Counted from the first letter of the stretch, positions 24,801 to 36,809 are shown. The stretch is 64,000 bases of DNA from Podarcis liolepis (GCA_965112155.1 OZ218099.1); one strand, 5' to 3'. Numbers and translations are program-made. The notes: generated by a model not told the origin, from the letters alone.

Positions 24801-27206
24801 GGCCACGTCACTTTGTGTGCGGCTTCCTATGAGCTTTCCCCTCCCATCGCCACCCCCCCCTCCCTGGCTTGCTGCCTCCCTCCCACCCACTGCTGAACAA
24901 TCCGTCAGGTTTGGAAATCAGGCTGGATGGCACAAGGCACCATCCTGTAATTTCCTTTTAATAATAGATCACAGGAGGATGGGCTCAGCAGCCTTCGCCT
25001 GCTCTTCTGCCTCCTCATTAGCTTTACTACACTTGCTCCATTTAGAAACCAAGCGCAGATTAATGGAGCACTAATCATCTGCAGAAGAGATATTAATAGT
25101 GTGGACCCCCCTCCTCACCCACAGACACCTTTCCTCAGCTTTCATCAGGCTGTTCCAGAAAAGGGGGGAAACGAGCCTCCTCTGTGTGGAGGAATTAACA
25201 GGTGAGTGCTGGCAGGATATGGAACATCCTGGGCCTGTTTTGCATCTGCCGTAAGGGGCAAAGCACCAGGTAGGCAGGGGCAGGCAAAGGAGATTATTGG
25301 TGTGCGTGTGATTGTCTGCAAGAATTATTGATGTACTGTAGCTTCTTCACTTTGAGATAGTTGCTAGATTAGTTTTGTACTTTCTGTGGCAGACCACGTG
25401 TTTCCTGTGCAGAAGAACACGGTCCCACGTTCAATTTTCAGTATCTCTAGTTAGAGACTCTAAGCGCTGAGGCTGAAAAAGAGCATCAGCTGAAACTCTG
25501 GAGAGTGGCTGTTAGTCAGGGGAGATACTATTCAGCCACTGATAGGATGGAGGGCCAAACGTGAACCCTTCAGTGTGTGGTTGCCATTTACATATCTTTC
25601 ATTTTAAGAAGAAAAATGTGAAAAAGAAAGAAATAGCTACAGGAGCCCCCAATCCCAGTTAGAACTGAAAGGCATGAGGGTGTTAACTCTTGCAATTTTT
25701 CTCCATCCCCCCCTCACTATTATCAGCGCTGGATTTAGGGTGGTTCCCCCACACAGGGCGCTGTGCGAAGGGGGTGCAAAATAACAAATAACAACAACAA
25801 AAAACCTATTTATTATATAGGGAGTGGCCCCCAAAACACTTCTAGGGGCAAATCACAGTTTGGGATGAATTATTTTATCAGCAAAACTGTGCTGGGGTGG
25901 GAGAAGGATTAGTTCCCCTCCACTGTAACAGAGTCCTGATCTAGGCTAAGGCTCCCACAGGTGCTATTTTTCTATTTTAAAAAAGTTGAAAGATGTGCAA
26001 TTGTGACCACACATTTACTTTGTGGTCCTACACATTTCTACTCTGCCTGAATTAAATTCTGTGTAATTCAATGGAGCTTACTCTCAGGTAAGTGGATATA
26101 AGAGTGCAGCCCTAACGTATTATCTAATTTGGCCTTCAGCATAAGGTGGCTTCATATGTTTCTGGCTGCACTTTGCACAGGAAGCCAAAGGAAGAAGCCG
26201 CAAATCCCAACTGTAGCCCAAAACAACTGCTCTTGCAGGTAGCAGGCCATATATTAGTACTTTAGATCTGAACTGTTCTGACATGCATCCCTAGATGTTG
26301 CTGGGCTACAAATCCCATTATCCCCAGCCAGTTTATCCAATGGTCACAAATGATGGGAGATGTGGTCCAACAATATTTGGGGACCCAAGGATGAAGAAGG
26401 CCACCTTAGAATAACAAGAGATCACCCTTCACCTTTCCTTGGACAAATGAAGGCCAGATTTATATGTGTTCTTCCTTCACAGAATCACGAAGGAAACAAA
26501 CTGATGTTGTGGTGGGGCTTGGCTAGTGAGTCACTGCTACTTATTGGGAGGGGCACAGTGGTGGTGAGCTGCAAAAACACCAGTGGAGTTCAGTTTGGAA
26601 CTCCTCCCAGTGCATTTGCATGGTATTGCCCTTCCTTGTCCCTCCCTCTCCAAGTAAGCAGCAGCAACTCACCTGCCAAGAGGTCAGGTAAGGGCCTCCA
26701 TCCCACCACACTGTCTGCTGCTGACTAGAAATGTTTTGTCAGAAGACCTGTAAACAGAAAACTACATTCTTCCCTCCTACCTAGGGATCATTCCAGCACA
26801 ATCCACATGTGCTACATGGATTCCTTCACTGTTCTCCTTCTCATGAAGAATAATGGCCATAGAATACACTTATTTCCTCTAGAAATGTGTTTCCTCTCTG
26901 CAGTGGGCTCCCAGAACCAACATATTGCCAATGACAGTATTATAGTTGGAGAAAGATACACGCACAATTTGGAAGTTGTGACCCAGAGTAAATTTCCCAC
27001 AGCGACACAGAGAATCCCACGGCGAAGTGTACCTGAAAAAGCTCGGAGTCATCTGTACTGTACTGGCTGGACTCTGTTTCAGAGTGCTCGCAACACCACT
27101 GCAGCTCATTGAAGCAACTGGCTGAGTCAAAGTCACCGGCATCCAACTGGGACAAATCTATCTCTGGGAAATCAGAGTAGAGGTGTTCCTCACCAGACAC
27201 TTCATA
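3015..27206 (-). CDS. PPARGC1B: PPARG coactivator 1-beta (PGC-1beta), 5'-partial spliced CDS, exons 2-12: join(27033..27206,18564..18776,14706..14822,10394..11552,9130..9166,8376..8440,7028..7811,6083..6152,5355..5476,4580..4734,3015..3118)
   Basis: Eleven GT-AG exons with compatible phases total 3000 nt and end in TAA. The peptides match PGC-1beta as I recall it: [88 protein letters not shown]. Exon 1 was not found in the window. Confidence 0.96.
3917..4010 (+). mobile_element. Degraded tRNA-Lys-derived SINE with CR1-like tail
   Basis: TAATCTCAGGGTCATGGG head remnant followed by AAAAGATTCCTGCATTGCAGGGGGTTGGAC...GTCCCTTCC; related to the copy at 36871. Confidence 0.6.
4580..4734 (-). CDS. 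PPARGC1B: PPARGC1B exon 11 (155 nt), RRM C-half [19 protein letters not shown]...FQLSYGG...YTDL
   Basis: Acceptor CCTCAG| and donor TGG|GTAAGC; RNP1-like KYGFITY. Confidence 0.96.
5355..5476 (-). CDS. PPARGC1B: PPARGC1B exon 10 (122 nt), RRM N-half [33 protein letters not shown]
   Basis: Acceptor GAACAG| and donor AAG|GTGGGT; RNP2-like VVYIRNL. Confidence 0.96.
6083..6152 (-). CDS. PPARGC1B: PPARGC1B exon 9 (70 nt) (R)[23 protein letters not shown]
   Basis: Acceptor AAACAG| and donor ATT|GTAAGT; conserved KRREKAI immediately before the RRM. Confidence 0.9.
7028..7811 (-). CDS. PPARGC1B: PPARGC1B exon 8 (784 nt) [12 protein letters not shown]...FGDHDYCQV...poly-E...SRSRSPAS(R)
   Basis: Open frame containing ORF 6865..7692; acceptor GATAAG| and donor CAG|GTGGGC; DHDY HCF-binding motif, TPPTTPP and E18 tract. 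Confidence 0.92.
7162..7215 (-). repeat. Coding GAG/GAA repeat encoding 18 Glu
   Basis: Inside exon 8; GAA recurs every fifth codon. Confidence 0.95.
7947..8082. mobile_element. Palindromic hAT-type MITE (CCCAAACTTGGGTCTCCAGCTG...GGACTACAACTCCCATCA)
   Basis: Near-perfect internal inverted repeat; related copies near 26270-26405, 43793-43923, 44190-44305, 46443-46540 and 48510-48620. Confidence 0.75.
8376..8440 (-). CDS. PPARGC1B: PPARGC1B exon 7 (65 nt) [21 protein letters not shown](G)
   Basis: Acceptor CTTTAG| and donor CAG|GTAAGG; PGC-1 family [11 protein letters not shown] motif. Confidence 0.95.
9130..9166 (-). CDS. PPARGC1B: PPARGC1B exon 6 (37 nt) (E)[11 protein letters not shown](T)
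   Basis: Polypyrimidine tract with TTTCAG|, donor AAC|GTAAGT; bridges phase 1 to phase 2; PRCL motif. Confidence 0.88.
9320..9720. mobile_element. Degenerate foldback (inverted-repeat) element containing a short insertion
   Basis: Arm pairs AATTGGATCAGGG/CTCTAATCCAATT, TTAGTCCT/AGGACTAA and GCAGTTTCCCTGATTTAA/TTAAATTAGAGAATTGC. Confidence 0.5.
9913..10065. mobile_element. Tc1/mariner-type MITE with TA TSD
   Basis: TA|CAGTCATACCACAGGTT ... AACCCGAGCGTCCACTG|TA; related to the elements at 18972 and 43055. Confidence 0.7.
10179..10352 (+). mobile_element. tRNA-derived squamate SINE (tail ATAAGGCAGCTTCCTATG)
   Basis: Similar to the copy at 24190 over head, body and tail. Confidence 0.7.
10394..11552 (-). 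CDS. PPARGC1B: PPARGC1B exon 5 (1159 nt) VDGVRDRK...[11 protein letters not shown]...[11 protein letters not shown]...ILKELLA...[10 protein letters not shown]...LLHQT
   Basis: Lies in the 404-aa ORF 10344..11558; acceptor CTTGAAG| and donor CAG|GTACCC; second LXXLL (LKELL). Confidence 0.94.
14706..14822 (-). CDS. PPARGC1B: PPARGC1B exon 4 (117 nt, symmetric phase 0) [10 protein letters not shown]...PQRPCTK, contains LXXLL
   Basis: Acceptor TTCCAG| and donor AAG|GTATTG; lies in ORF 14634..14879. Confidence 0.95.
15972..16011. repeat. (TG)20 microsatellite
   Basis: Read directly from the sequence. Confidence 0.95.
18564..18776 (-). CDS. PPARGC1B: PPARGC1B exon 3 (213 nt) [20 protein letters not shown]...EVDELSL
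   Basis: Acceptor CCACCAG| and donor CTA|GTAAGA; conserved [14 protein letters not shown]; lies in ORF 18126..18860. Confidence 0.95.
18805..18850. repeat. (AG)23 microsatellite just upstream of the exon 3 acceptor
   Basis: Read directly; it is (CT)n on the transcribed strand. Confidence 0.95.
18972..19213. mobile_element. Tc1/mariner-type MITE with TA TSD
   Basis: TA|CAGTGGGTACCTAGGTTTAAGAAC ... GTTCAAAAACTGAGGTACCTCTG|TA; CpG-rich, suggesting it is young. Confidence 0.8.
19434..19566. other. Assembly gap (133 N)
   Basis: Run of N. Confidence 1.
19910..20003. repeat. Short palindromic interspersed repeat (GCAATCCTA...TGAGTTCAATGG...TAGGATTGCAGCC family)
   Basis: Similar degenerate copies near 20085-20150, 26020-26112, 57795-57880 and 60505-60560. 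Confidence 0.5.
22446..22488 (-). mobile_element. 3' stub of a BovB/RTE LINE (or BovB-tailed Sauria SINE)
   Basis: The minus strand reads AAGAGTCGGGCACGACTAAACAACTAAACAACAACAACAA, which is the BovB-type 3' end with an (ACA)n tail. Confidence 0.7.
24190..24388 (+). mobile_element. tRNA-derived squamate SINE, best-preserved copy
   Basis: A-box TAGCTCAGTGG, B-box-like TTCAATCCC, tail AGGCAGCTTCCTG. Confidence 0.8.
27033..27206 (-). CDS. PPARGC1B: PPARGC1B exon 2 (174 nt, phase 0/0), acidic activation domain [37 protein letters not shown]...DDSELFQ
   Basis: Acceptor CCACAG| and donor CAG|GTACAC; lies in ORF 26940..27302; PGC-1 N-terminal motif. Confidence 0.95.
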
Positions 27207-29537
27207 CTGTGGATGTAAAAGAGAAAAGGATGGTGAGCTTGGCTGGCTTGCCAATCCTTGGGAAAACCAAATGAGGTCAAATATAATCACACATGCCTTC
27301 ACAAGGTGTAGATCAGATCACTGGTGTCTTTAAGGGGTGTCCAAATGTTACACAATAAAAAGCCACACTAACGTGGAGCTAAGAAACCAAAGTCCAAACC
27401 TTCCTAAAACAAAGAGGATTTAAAACCACTTGAAGGCAGGCTGCCACCTGTAGAAAGCCTTCAAGCTCCAAAAAGGCAACAGTTCCACATTTGTTTATTT
27501 ACCGAGGTATTTTTAGCCTGTTCTTCAAAAGAATTCCTTTTACAACAAAACAAAATTTTATAAAATAACCACATTGAAACTAAAAAAAGCAAATTAAAGA
27601 TGGCAGATATAGTTCTAAATGACTCCCAGTGGCTCTTATTCTGACCTGACCTGGTATTACTGATGAAAGGGGATACAGAAATGTTTTAAATAAATACATA
27701 AAATGACTGGGAAAATACAACAGAGCAGTGTGTAATAAGAGTTGTGCCTCTAAAGTAAGCATGTACTAAAGGACATGAATGCTGTAAAATGAGGCATTTC
27801 CTGCCCCTCCTCCAATGTATTAAAACTAAAAATCCCGAGATCATTTTTCTTTTCCGCATTATTACCTGCTGGTGAATTATAATTATGTCTTACTGGCTTG
27901 TCTGCAAGATCAGAATTTAGGTCTATTCTTCTCATTCCCCTTCTTAAATTAGAAGTGACAACTTGTACCTGATTGTGATTATTATTATTTTTGCCGACTT
28001 TGAATATGTGCATCAATGCCATTCAAAAGAAACTGAAGGATAAAGCAAAACAGAGCACTTTCTCCACGCTCAACATCTAGTATTTCCATTTGGGAATGAT
28101 GCTGCAACCTTGGCCAGCTTTCGCAAGAAATGCTTGGGTTTTGTATTTCTAGTATCAACATGATAATATCCTATTATGCAGATTCTAAGATTAACATTTC
28201 TGTGCTCTTGGAAATATCACTCCCACTACCTTCTAGTGTGCGAGAGGCCAAGCCCCCTGGAGGACAGCCCAGATGCTTTGTTTCCCCATGGCAAAAAAGG
28301 AGGAGGAGGTTACTGGTGGGTGACTGACAATATGCATCTTTCAAGTCTGTCTCTGTTCAAAGGAACAGGAAAACACCCACCCACCTACCAGCAGATCACT
28401 CAGATTAAATGGCTGCATTTCGAGGGACAATCTTTCAAAATGAATAATGCCCGTTTCCTGTATAATTACAAAGATGTGCTTGTGGTGCTTTTTTTTTTTT
28501 GGTTTGGTTTTTCAAGTTCAGAGGAAACAGACGTTTTCAACTTTTCTTGGGGCAGTTCCCTTGCTCATGGATCATCACCATGATCCATTGCTAGCCTTCC
28601 ATGTCCATCTCAAGGTGGTGTACAAATTATAATAAAAACAGCTAAGCAGAGTTATAAAAATAGCAGAAGACCAGTTCAACCCCTGGTGATCTCCTCAGGC
28701 AAGACAGACAGTCAGACAGATACACAGACGCCCCCGTACACCACCAGAGCAGCTGCATGGCTTCTTAAGGGACACTTAAGCTACTCCAGCCTTTAGTGAC
28801 GTAATGCGGACATCCAGGGCTTATACTAGTGCCCTGATAGCCAGCAATTAGGAAGGAAAGGAAGAGGCTTATAGGGTACACCAGACAGTCACGAATCAGG
28901 TAAGGCTCTGCAACAGAGGCCTGTGTGCATCTGAAGGTGGCACTTTTGGCCTGCTGGGCATTCTGGGTCCTGACCACCCCTAACCTCCCCTTTCTTTCTC
29001 AGGCCTTCCAGCCCCAGCTCCATTCATCAGCTAAACTTAGCTCCGCCAGGCTCTTGGCAGTGGCAAGCAGGCCTTGGAGCTTCAATATTTCCTCATACCC
29101 GTGGCAATCTCTCCTTATAGAAACAAGTTTCTCCAGACACCAATTCAATAACAGCTCTAACAATCCATTGTATTCTTCCCCTGCTCCTCAAGCCCAGCCA
29201 AAACGAGAGTATAATAGAGCAGAATCAATGGCTGGCGCATGTAAGGCAATCTAAGCTCTAAGAACTGAGCTAAAAATATCCAGTCAATCACACAGAGCAG
29301 CTGAGACCCAGCCCCATTTCCACCACATTCTCAAGGCATACGCAATTGCATTAAACTCCCAACACGGTCGGCGAAAGCGAGTGACCGAGAAGGACACAGT
29401 AATGCTGCACTGCACCATTACTGCTAAGCCTACCAAAGGTCACAGATATGCTGGGGGATGCGGCTTTCGAAGGTCCACAATGCACAAAGGCAGAGGAGGG
29501 GGAGGACTGTGATACAGAAGACAAGGCCTGCTCAGAT

Positions 29538-30001
29538 TAGGGATGGATGAGGGGAAAGGTAGGCTCTGTCTGGGCTGAAAGGTGAACCTCCCTACTTTGC
29601 ACTTCCCCAAAGCAGTACACAAGACAGAAGCACAGTTATCCTCGAAAATCTGCACTCTCCGAATTTTCCAGTGCAGTTCTGCAGCCAAGTAACATGTACT
29701 TAATATAGACAAAAATGTATATATTAGTAGAACTGACATGGGTGGTGATGGCAGGTGTGTGTGTGTGTGTGGGGGGGAAATCCATTGTATTAGGAAAATT
29801 CCTTTGCAAAAAACCTGTCTCTTAGGCAAAACCACTTACAAAAATGTGTCTACTAGTTGAAATTTGCACAGAAATGCTGGTGAATCTTCATGAAACCTTT
29901 TTAAAAATCACCATCATCACAAACTGATGTACAAATGTGGGGAACAAAACATAAGATTGGAAAAATGAGAAACCTGAAATTGACATATGGGCCCATCCCT
30001 A
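29538..30001. mobile_element. Non-autonomous hAT (Ac-like) element
   Basis: TIR TAGGGATGG...CCATCCCTA; the 8-bp flanks GCTCAGAT/GCTCAAGC partly match. Confidence 0.6.
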
Positions 30002-33000
30002 GCTCAAGCAAAGGTTTCTGCAAAATTGTGCCATTGGGCACTACTGACATCTATACCATGCGCAGTGTAAGGAAGAAACTCTATCTGATGTATAAGAATT
30101 TTGCCAATGTTATGACTCCAATTTGTTTCAGTGACATGTGACATGTGATTTTATTGTTCATAATTGAATGCTGCTCTTCCTCCAAGACATTCAGGCCAGC
30201 ATACATGGCACTATCATCTCTTGCAATCTTCAAGTCAACCTTGTGAGGAATGTTAAAACTGAGTAACACTCTCATGGCTGAGCGGAGATTTGAATCCAGA
30301 GTTCCTCAGTTCACCAGCTAGACTCCATTAGCTGAATTGGACAGACTTGAACACCAAGATTTCCTGCTTCTCCACAAATGCTTTTTATCTAGCAAAGTAC
30401 AGCACCGATTGGGAAATTTTTTATCCCAATTTTGCTGGCATCAGTACGTTTACAGTGTTCACTGAATTCAGCGAGTAGGGTCAGCACTCAGTCCTGCCTT
30501 TCTGAGCCAACAAACCCATTCCAGGCAAGCCACCATGGAGCTGGTAGATGATAAAAGCCTTTGTCCTCGTAATGACCAAGACTAGCATTCAAAACAACCA
30601 CCAGATAAATGAAAATTCATGAAGCCCTTTTATGTGAAGACCTGCTGATCTTTGGGAGCTTCCTAACAATGGGGAGAGCAAATATATTTGTTTTGCATTT
30701 AGCTCTCAACTCACAAGATCAACTGAGCATTTGAGAAGCTGTAATGAGAGAATAACATCCAAGGCACTGCTTTGAAGTTTTCCAAATAGTCTCTCTAGGA
30801 CTTAACAATCAATTTTCACAAGAAGTTACAGAAACGAAAGAGACAGCATCTCCCCCTCTTCACCCCCTTCGTTCTGTCTTTATTAACTGGATAATCTCAG
30901 ATTATAGGGCTTGTTTCCCGCAGGAATGGGACTTTATGTCTTCTCTGTGTTTTCCAATTTAATTTAGGACACAGTCTCCACTAACAGTAAATGGTGGGTC
31001 CTCCCGCACCTTCTGTATGAACACTAGGTGAAAGAAAGGGCAAATGGACTTCAGGTTACGAAGCAAAGGCTGTAGGGAAGGGTCAGTCTTGGGGCAAGGA
31101 AGAGGCCTGGAGACTGGCAGAAAGAGAAAATCGCAATGGAAGAAGGTTGCAAGCTGACCTCCGCCCAACCTGTCCAGGGCAGGGCAAGCTTCTACCAAGC
31201 CACATGGAAAAATGAGCAGATAGGGACTTTTCACGTTATGGAGACACACATTATTGCCAACTAACATCTGCATAAAAAGCTGCTGCTAAAAGCACTTCAG
31301 TGACCATTTGAAAAGGTGGCTACTGGAGGGGTGTGTGGGGAAGCTGGTGGATCCGGAGACTTTTTCTAATCTGCTACCTTTTCACACACTTCCTTTACTG
31401 CATTGTGCATGCAACACACATTTTAGCACTGTTATTTTCTGAAGGAAGTGCGGTTTAGAATCTGCGCAGCCCTTAAAAATTATTGCCTTTAACCCATCTT
31501 GGATTGAGATGGAATTGTTATCATATTGTTTCAATTTACAGTCTAACACAATGTGCTCATGATGAAACTCTCATATAAACCCCAAGGGATTTGCAGGAGA
31601 TGCATGCTGATAGATCTGTATCTTGTAGCTTTGTTCCAAACCCTTATGTTGCTCTCCCTTGCTCCATTTGTCCACAATCCCCTAGTACAAATTGGGTTAC
31701 CCACCTATTTCCTATTAGGGACCTCTCACCCAGGAACAATACCACCTTGGCCCATTTTGGCTATGAGAAACTGTTCAGTAATTTGCCTGGTTTAATGGTT
31801 AATCCAGCCCCCAGTTAGATTCCGATTTCCATCAATATGTCTGATTGTCCAGGCCCCCAGCAAATGTATGTTTTCATCAAATGCTGTGGTTTTTCTTCAA
31901 ATCTTTCTCAGGGAGTAGAGGTAGACATATTTATTTTTAGAAAAACTTTGAATATGCATTTGCAATTCATACACGAACTTCTGCAAAACACTCAGATTCC
32001 TCAGTTGTCTTTGATATGTCACTGGGGAAGAGATCCCAGCTCTGCAATCACAAGGTGCAGCTGACGCTAGCACTTGGGATGTCTTTTGATAATCTCTACA
32101 GACGTGACACCTCCCCACTGCCAACAGAATTGGGTATAAATAAACTCCTGCAATCCAATGCCTCTTTGGGCTGCCTACATGGCATGCTGAGTTCAGCAGC
32201 AAGATTCAGATGGTGCCCTGGCAATGCCATGTTGTTCAAGTCCAGCTCAAGGGTCACCTGGGAGACAAGCAATAGGGCAGTATACTCCTCAGTGCATGTA
32301 TGAATCCATCCCAAATCTTCCAAACAACTGTCTGACTGATTGACTCTGGAGGAAAGATTAATGTTTCGGTTATGAGTGGATAAGTGACATAAATCATCAC
32401 AGGAAACAGCCACCTAAATCTGTTGATATCACAATAGCTCTTTTGAGAACCAGAACCCAATTTAACCATGTCCTGTGATACACAACCCACTTTTCTATAT
32501 TGTTGTTGTTCCTACTGCTACTACTGTATACATCTGTTCACCTCCTTGTTTTTCTCTTCTATTTGCCATTTTCTCTCAACTTCTCTGTCCTTCCCTCTTA
32601 ATATAATTTGAACATCCGGGGGGGGGATAAAATTAAATGGTGTTGGCACCACTGATGGGACCACTTGAGGTAAAGGCAAGGCCTACTTGAGAGTCCTCTT
32701 CCCCAGTGGGCTGAACTACATGCTAGTTGGGGATGATAAGAGCAGAATGCTAGCAATGCCTTGAGGTCCTCAGTTTCTGCATCCCTAGCCTAGACCTTCA
32801 GAGTTAAATAAAGGGATTCTCTCCAAGCTAATAGTGAGTGCCATTCAGCTGGGGCAGCATAGCCAAGAACTGGACTGGTTAGTTCTGTCAATGAGGTATG
32901 TTTCAGTTGCTGGAAGGATATCTAAATACCAGTTTCCTTCCTCCATTGCTTTGGAAACAAGAAGAAATACACATCTTTGGCTGCATGCCTTGGAAGAAGA

Positions 33001-33587
33001 AGAACTGAAGCACTTAACAGAAGGCAGAACATCTGATGATATTTCCGAGTCTTCTTTCCACCCACAGTGGTGGGCAGGTGGATGGTACAGGGCTCTTCTT
33101 TGATAGGCCCAGCACTTACGAGTGGGTAATGGATCTTGGCTGTTGCAGTGTTCTCCTTTTCTGCATTTCCTTTTTGTGCTTGTGAAAGAAGTGAACTTTG
33201 TTCTAATTTTACCCAGGAGATTGTAAGGGAAGCAGCCATTGGACCTTGGAAGGCAGCCAGCAAAATGGCTGGGAATTCTGAACCATCTTTCATTCCAGAC
33301 ACCTCATTCAAGTGCGGTGGAGCAGAGCAAAACATAAAAACTAGCCCAGGAGCTCTGTGGAATAAGCCCATTCCCTGCCCGCTTTTAATCTACCAGGGGA
33401 GCCTAACTGGTCCAACAGTGAGCCCTCACGTTACTTTGATTTAGAAACAGGATTAATATTATTAATTGCTCACCCTTTACTCTAATGTCCCAATTAAAAC
33501 ACAATGTTTAAAAACAATTCAAAACAACTTAGAATCACAAAAATAAGGTAGGCCCTAAGAATATACATTTCAGGAAACCCAGAAAAT

Positions 33588-33775
33588 GGGGAAGCGCCAT
33601 GGGTAAGTAGCAGAGTCATCGCTTTCCCTGTTTGAGTCCCCTTATCTCCATTTAAAAGAATCTCAAGTAGATGTGCTAGAAAAACCTCTGAATCTTTGGA
33701 GAGTTCCTGCCAGTAACAGTAAACAATCCTGGTCTAGATGGACCAATGATCTAACTTGTCGGGAGCTTCATGTTT
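33588..33775 (+). mobile_element. Degraded squamate SINE
   Basis: GGAGAGTTCCTGCCAGT...CTAGATGGACCAATGATCT...AGCTTCATGTT, similar to the 24190 copy. Confidence 0.55.
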
Positions 33776-35182
33776 TCATCCTTACAGGGACAGCAAATGG
33801 AAAAGTGTGCCCCGGCAGGCTGCCCTGGAGCTCTGCCAAGAAGATAGGCTCTGAGCTTCTAAGAGAGGAGTGGGATTTCACATACTATTATGGGGATACA
33901 TGGTGCTTCTGAAAGATGTTGTTTTGAAAGCAGAAAGGTTGGATTTGCCCTTGTCAGATGCATGATGGAAGCATTTTGGGTCTCAAACTGTGATTTGTTA
34001 ATTAGGTCACACAGACACCTAGATTTGCAGAACAGTCAGGCAATCCATCTTGGAGGCGCCTATTTCCACATCGCCCCCGAGTCTTCTTTTAAAAATGTGA
34101 ATTTCCTGTAAATGTACAAACCGGCAAAGAGACATTGCAATCCTTGATGAAAACAAAACCAAAAGAGAGCAGCCAACAGATAGATTTTTGTGTGGTACAA
34201 ATCCACAGTCGACAGACAGACAATGACTGGCTGGATGCAGCACTGAAACCACTATTTTATTCTATTATTATTTTTAAAGTATTGACACAAGTCCCCTGTC
34301 ATGGGAAATCCGTAAACTAAACATAAAGTGCAGAATGAACCGTCAGGCTGTCGGGAAGGCCTCCTTCTTGGGAGCTTTTTCTTTTTTGATGTCTTCATTA
34401 CAAACCGATGGGTGACACCTTATTAACAGATGTAGGATGGCAATTAGGAGCCCTGGGATAAGATCTGAAAAACAGGAGCTTGCTCAACACGACAAGTCTT
34501 GCATGTGCGACATAAAGAGCTGTGATGATACTTGCTCTAAATTGGTCACTCACAACTCGCGCAGAGTTACCTTCAAAGGATAACTAACACAGTGTGCTAA
34601 GGCACTGGCATCCAGGCCTCCACAATGATAGACGGACAGCTAGATAATTGCAGAAGCGGAATTTTAGCCTGTCCTTCTCTCTCATCAGCTTGGGAGAGAA
34701 GACCAAATTCTGAGCCAGCACACAGCATTCAAGCACATGGGTGAAAGACATACAGTCATCTGGCACCAGCAATAGAACTGTCTCCTTGAACTCTACTCTG
34801 GTTTGGTTAAGAGTCTTAAGAACAGTTAGATGATTGCCATACATCCTAGACAACTGGTCTAAGAGACACAAGTCCGGGGGCTCAGATGGTATTGAGTGTC
34901 TTGATATTTAGGCAGCTGTTGAAGACTTTTTTTTTAATTTAAGAAGACTTTCCCTGAAGGGTGACCCAGTCATTTTATGGAAGATGAAGCGTACAAATGT
35001 GTAAATTGATTGGTTGCTTTTAATTTATCAAATTTATAAACCTTTGTATTTTGTCTTATTTTGTACCCCTTCAGTATCTTTTGGTTGTGAAACAAGTTAT
35101 ACAGCTGCAAATAAAATAAAACCATAATGCATCTGTTGTTGGGCTGTATTGTTGATGGGGTTCAAGTATTCAAATGCTTGCC

Positions 35183-35248
35183 ATATAGATATAGATATAG
35201 ATATAGATATAGATATAGATATAGATATAGATATAGATATAGATATAG
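35183..35248. repeat. (ATATAG)11 hexanucleotide microsatellite
   Basis: Read directly from the sequence. Confidence 0.95.
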
Positions 35249-36624
35249 ATATATAATATCCCATAGCATACAAAAACAGGATAGGAAGAGTCTATCCTAC
35301 TTTTTGCTCTGCTCTCTTGCAGGCTTGCTTTGTTTCTGTAGGAAAGCAATGGGTTGCTCCAAGGAGATCATTCCATCTCCAACAGAATTTTTGCTTGCCA
35401 GATGGAACAGGTGGGCGGGAAGTACCACAGTGCTAGCGAGACTTTTTGCACTGGCTTCTACGAGCGCAACAACTTTGTTGAATCCACTCTATTATCCTCT
35501 GGCACTTTCAGAACATACATCTCAGGAACACATGCACTGGGTAAATGGAAATGAGAAACTGAGAAGTTTTATTATCATTATTTATTTAATTTGATGTGCC
35601 ACACGGAGAGCATCTCTAGGTGGCCTACAGTAAAGTTTTAAAACATACAGAATGGTTAAAAGCAGTCATCAACATGGAATGAATCAATACACAAAACATA
35701 AAACAAACTCACTAAAAACTTATCAGCATTTGCTTTCTTTTCTGAATTAAGTTTGTGCTGGCGGATTTGTCTGTATGACCATTCCAGACCTTTTTCTCAA
35801 GATCCAGCTCTACTACTCAAGATCCTGGGACAATCTACGTCCTTCCCTCCTTCTTTAAAGCAGACCTTATTCAGCCAGACGGCTGGTGCTGCCAAGAGGT
35901 CCAGAGGCTGAATGGAGTCAGACTGAAGAAGCCTTCTCTGAACAACACCCCTGAGCCACGTGCTGAGATGACAGACCCCAAGTGGGATGTTTGCAGTTTC
36001 CTTCTCCATAAACTTCAACGTGAGGCACAGCCTGAGCTGGCAAGTCTGCTGAGGGGGGAAACAGAAGGTTCTGCCAACTGGTGGCAAAAGTGCCATTTCA
36101 GAAAACCTGCAAGCAGTGCCTGTCGAAATCTAAAGGAGCCAGAGGAGTAGTGCTTGCTGAATGGGTTTGTTTTTCTACTGTAGTAGTAACTAGTTTTCTC
36201 TTTTGATGGGCTTCTATAATGTGTTTTCCCTTCCTGGCTTGCATTGGATGGGGCCGGAAGACTAAAGTGACATAAGCCCCACATCTCATTTCTCACAGAT
36301 CTACTAGGGTAAAGTGTATCAGTAAAATGGTCCTGGTGAATATCCAAGGAGAAACCCAGGCACGCTTCTATGAACGCCAATGAACTGACATCTATGGTTA
36401 AAAGAAAGCTGAAACAGCAGGCTTTGGGAAATAACCCTGAAGGAGAAAGCATTGCTAGACAGTGTTGACAGGACTAGACTGGATGGGCCACTGGCCTGAC
36501 TCCATATGCTGTGGTTTCTTATAGGAACTTCTTTCTCACTCTCACAATGCTGTGTTGGAGATGGAGGAGAGAATTTTTATCAGGATTGCAGCTGGGATGT
36601 GCAGCTGGGGTTAAATGTCCCCAC

Positions 36625-36809
36625 GAGTGCAGCCCAGTACATGGGATCTGCCCTGAATGCAGAAGGCCCAGGTCCAACCTCTGGTGTCTTCAGGGGCAGG
36701 TGGTAAAAACTGCCTGACCCCCTGGAGAGCCACTCCAGTCAGGACAGACACGGCTGGACAAGATGAGCCAATAGTCGGACTCAGCATAAGGCAGTTTTCT
36801 ATGTTCCTA
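36625..36809 (+). mobile_element. Squamate SINE copy
   Basis: ATGCAGAAGGCCCAGGTCCAA...CCCTGGAGAGCCACT...CATAAGGCAGTTTTCTATGTTCCTA. Confidence 0.7.

Noticed and set aside
35127-35594. ORF with (YR)n repeat
   Set aside because: It is the translation of the (ATATAG)n microsatellite.
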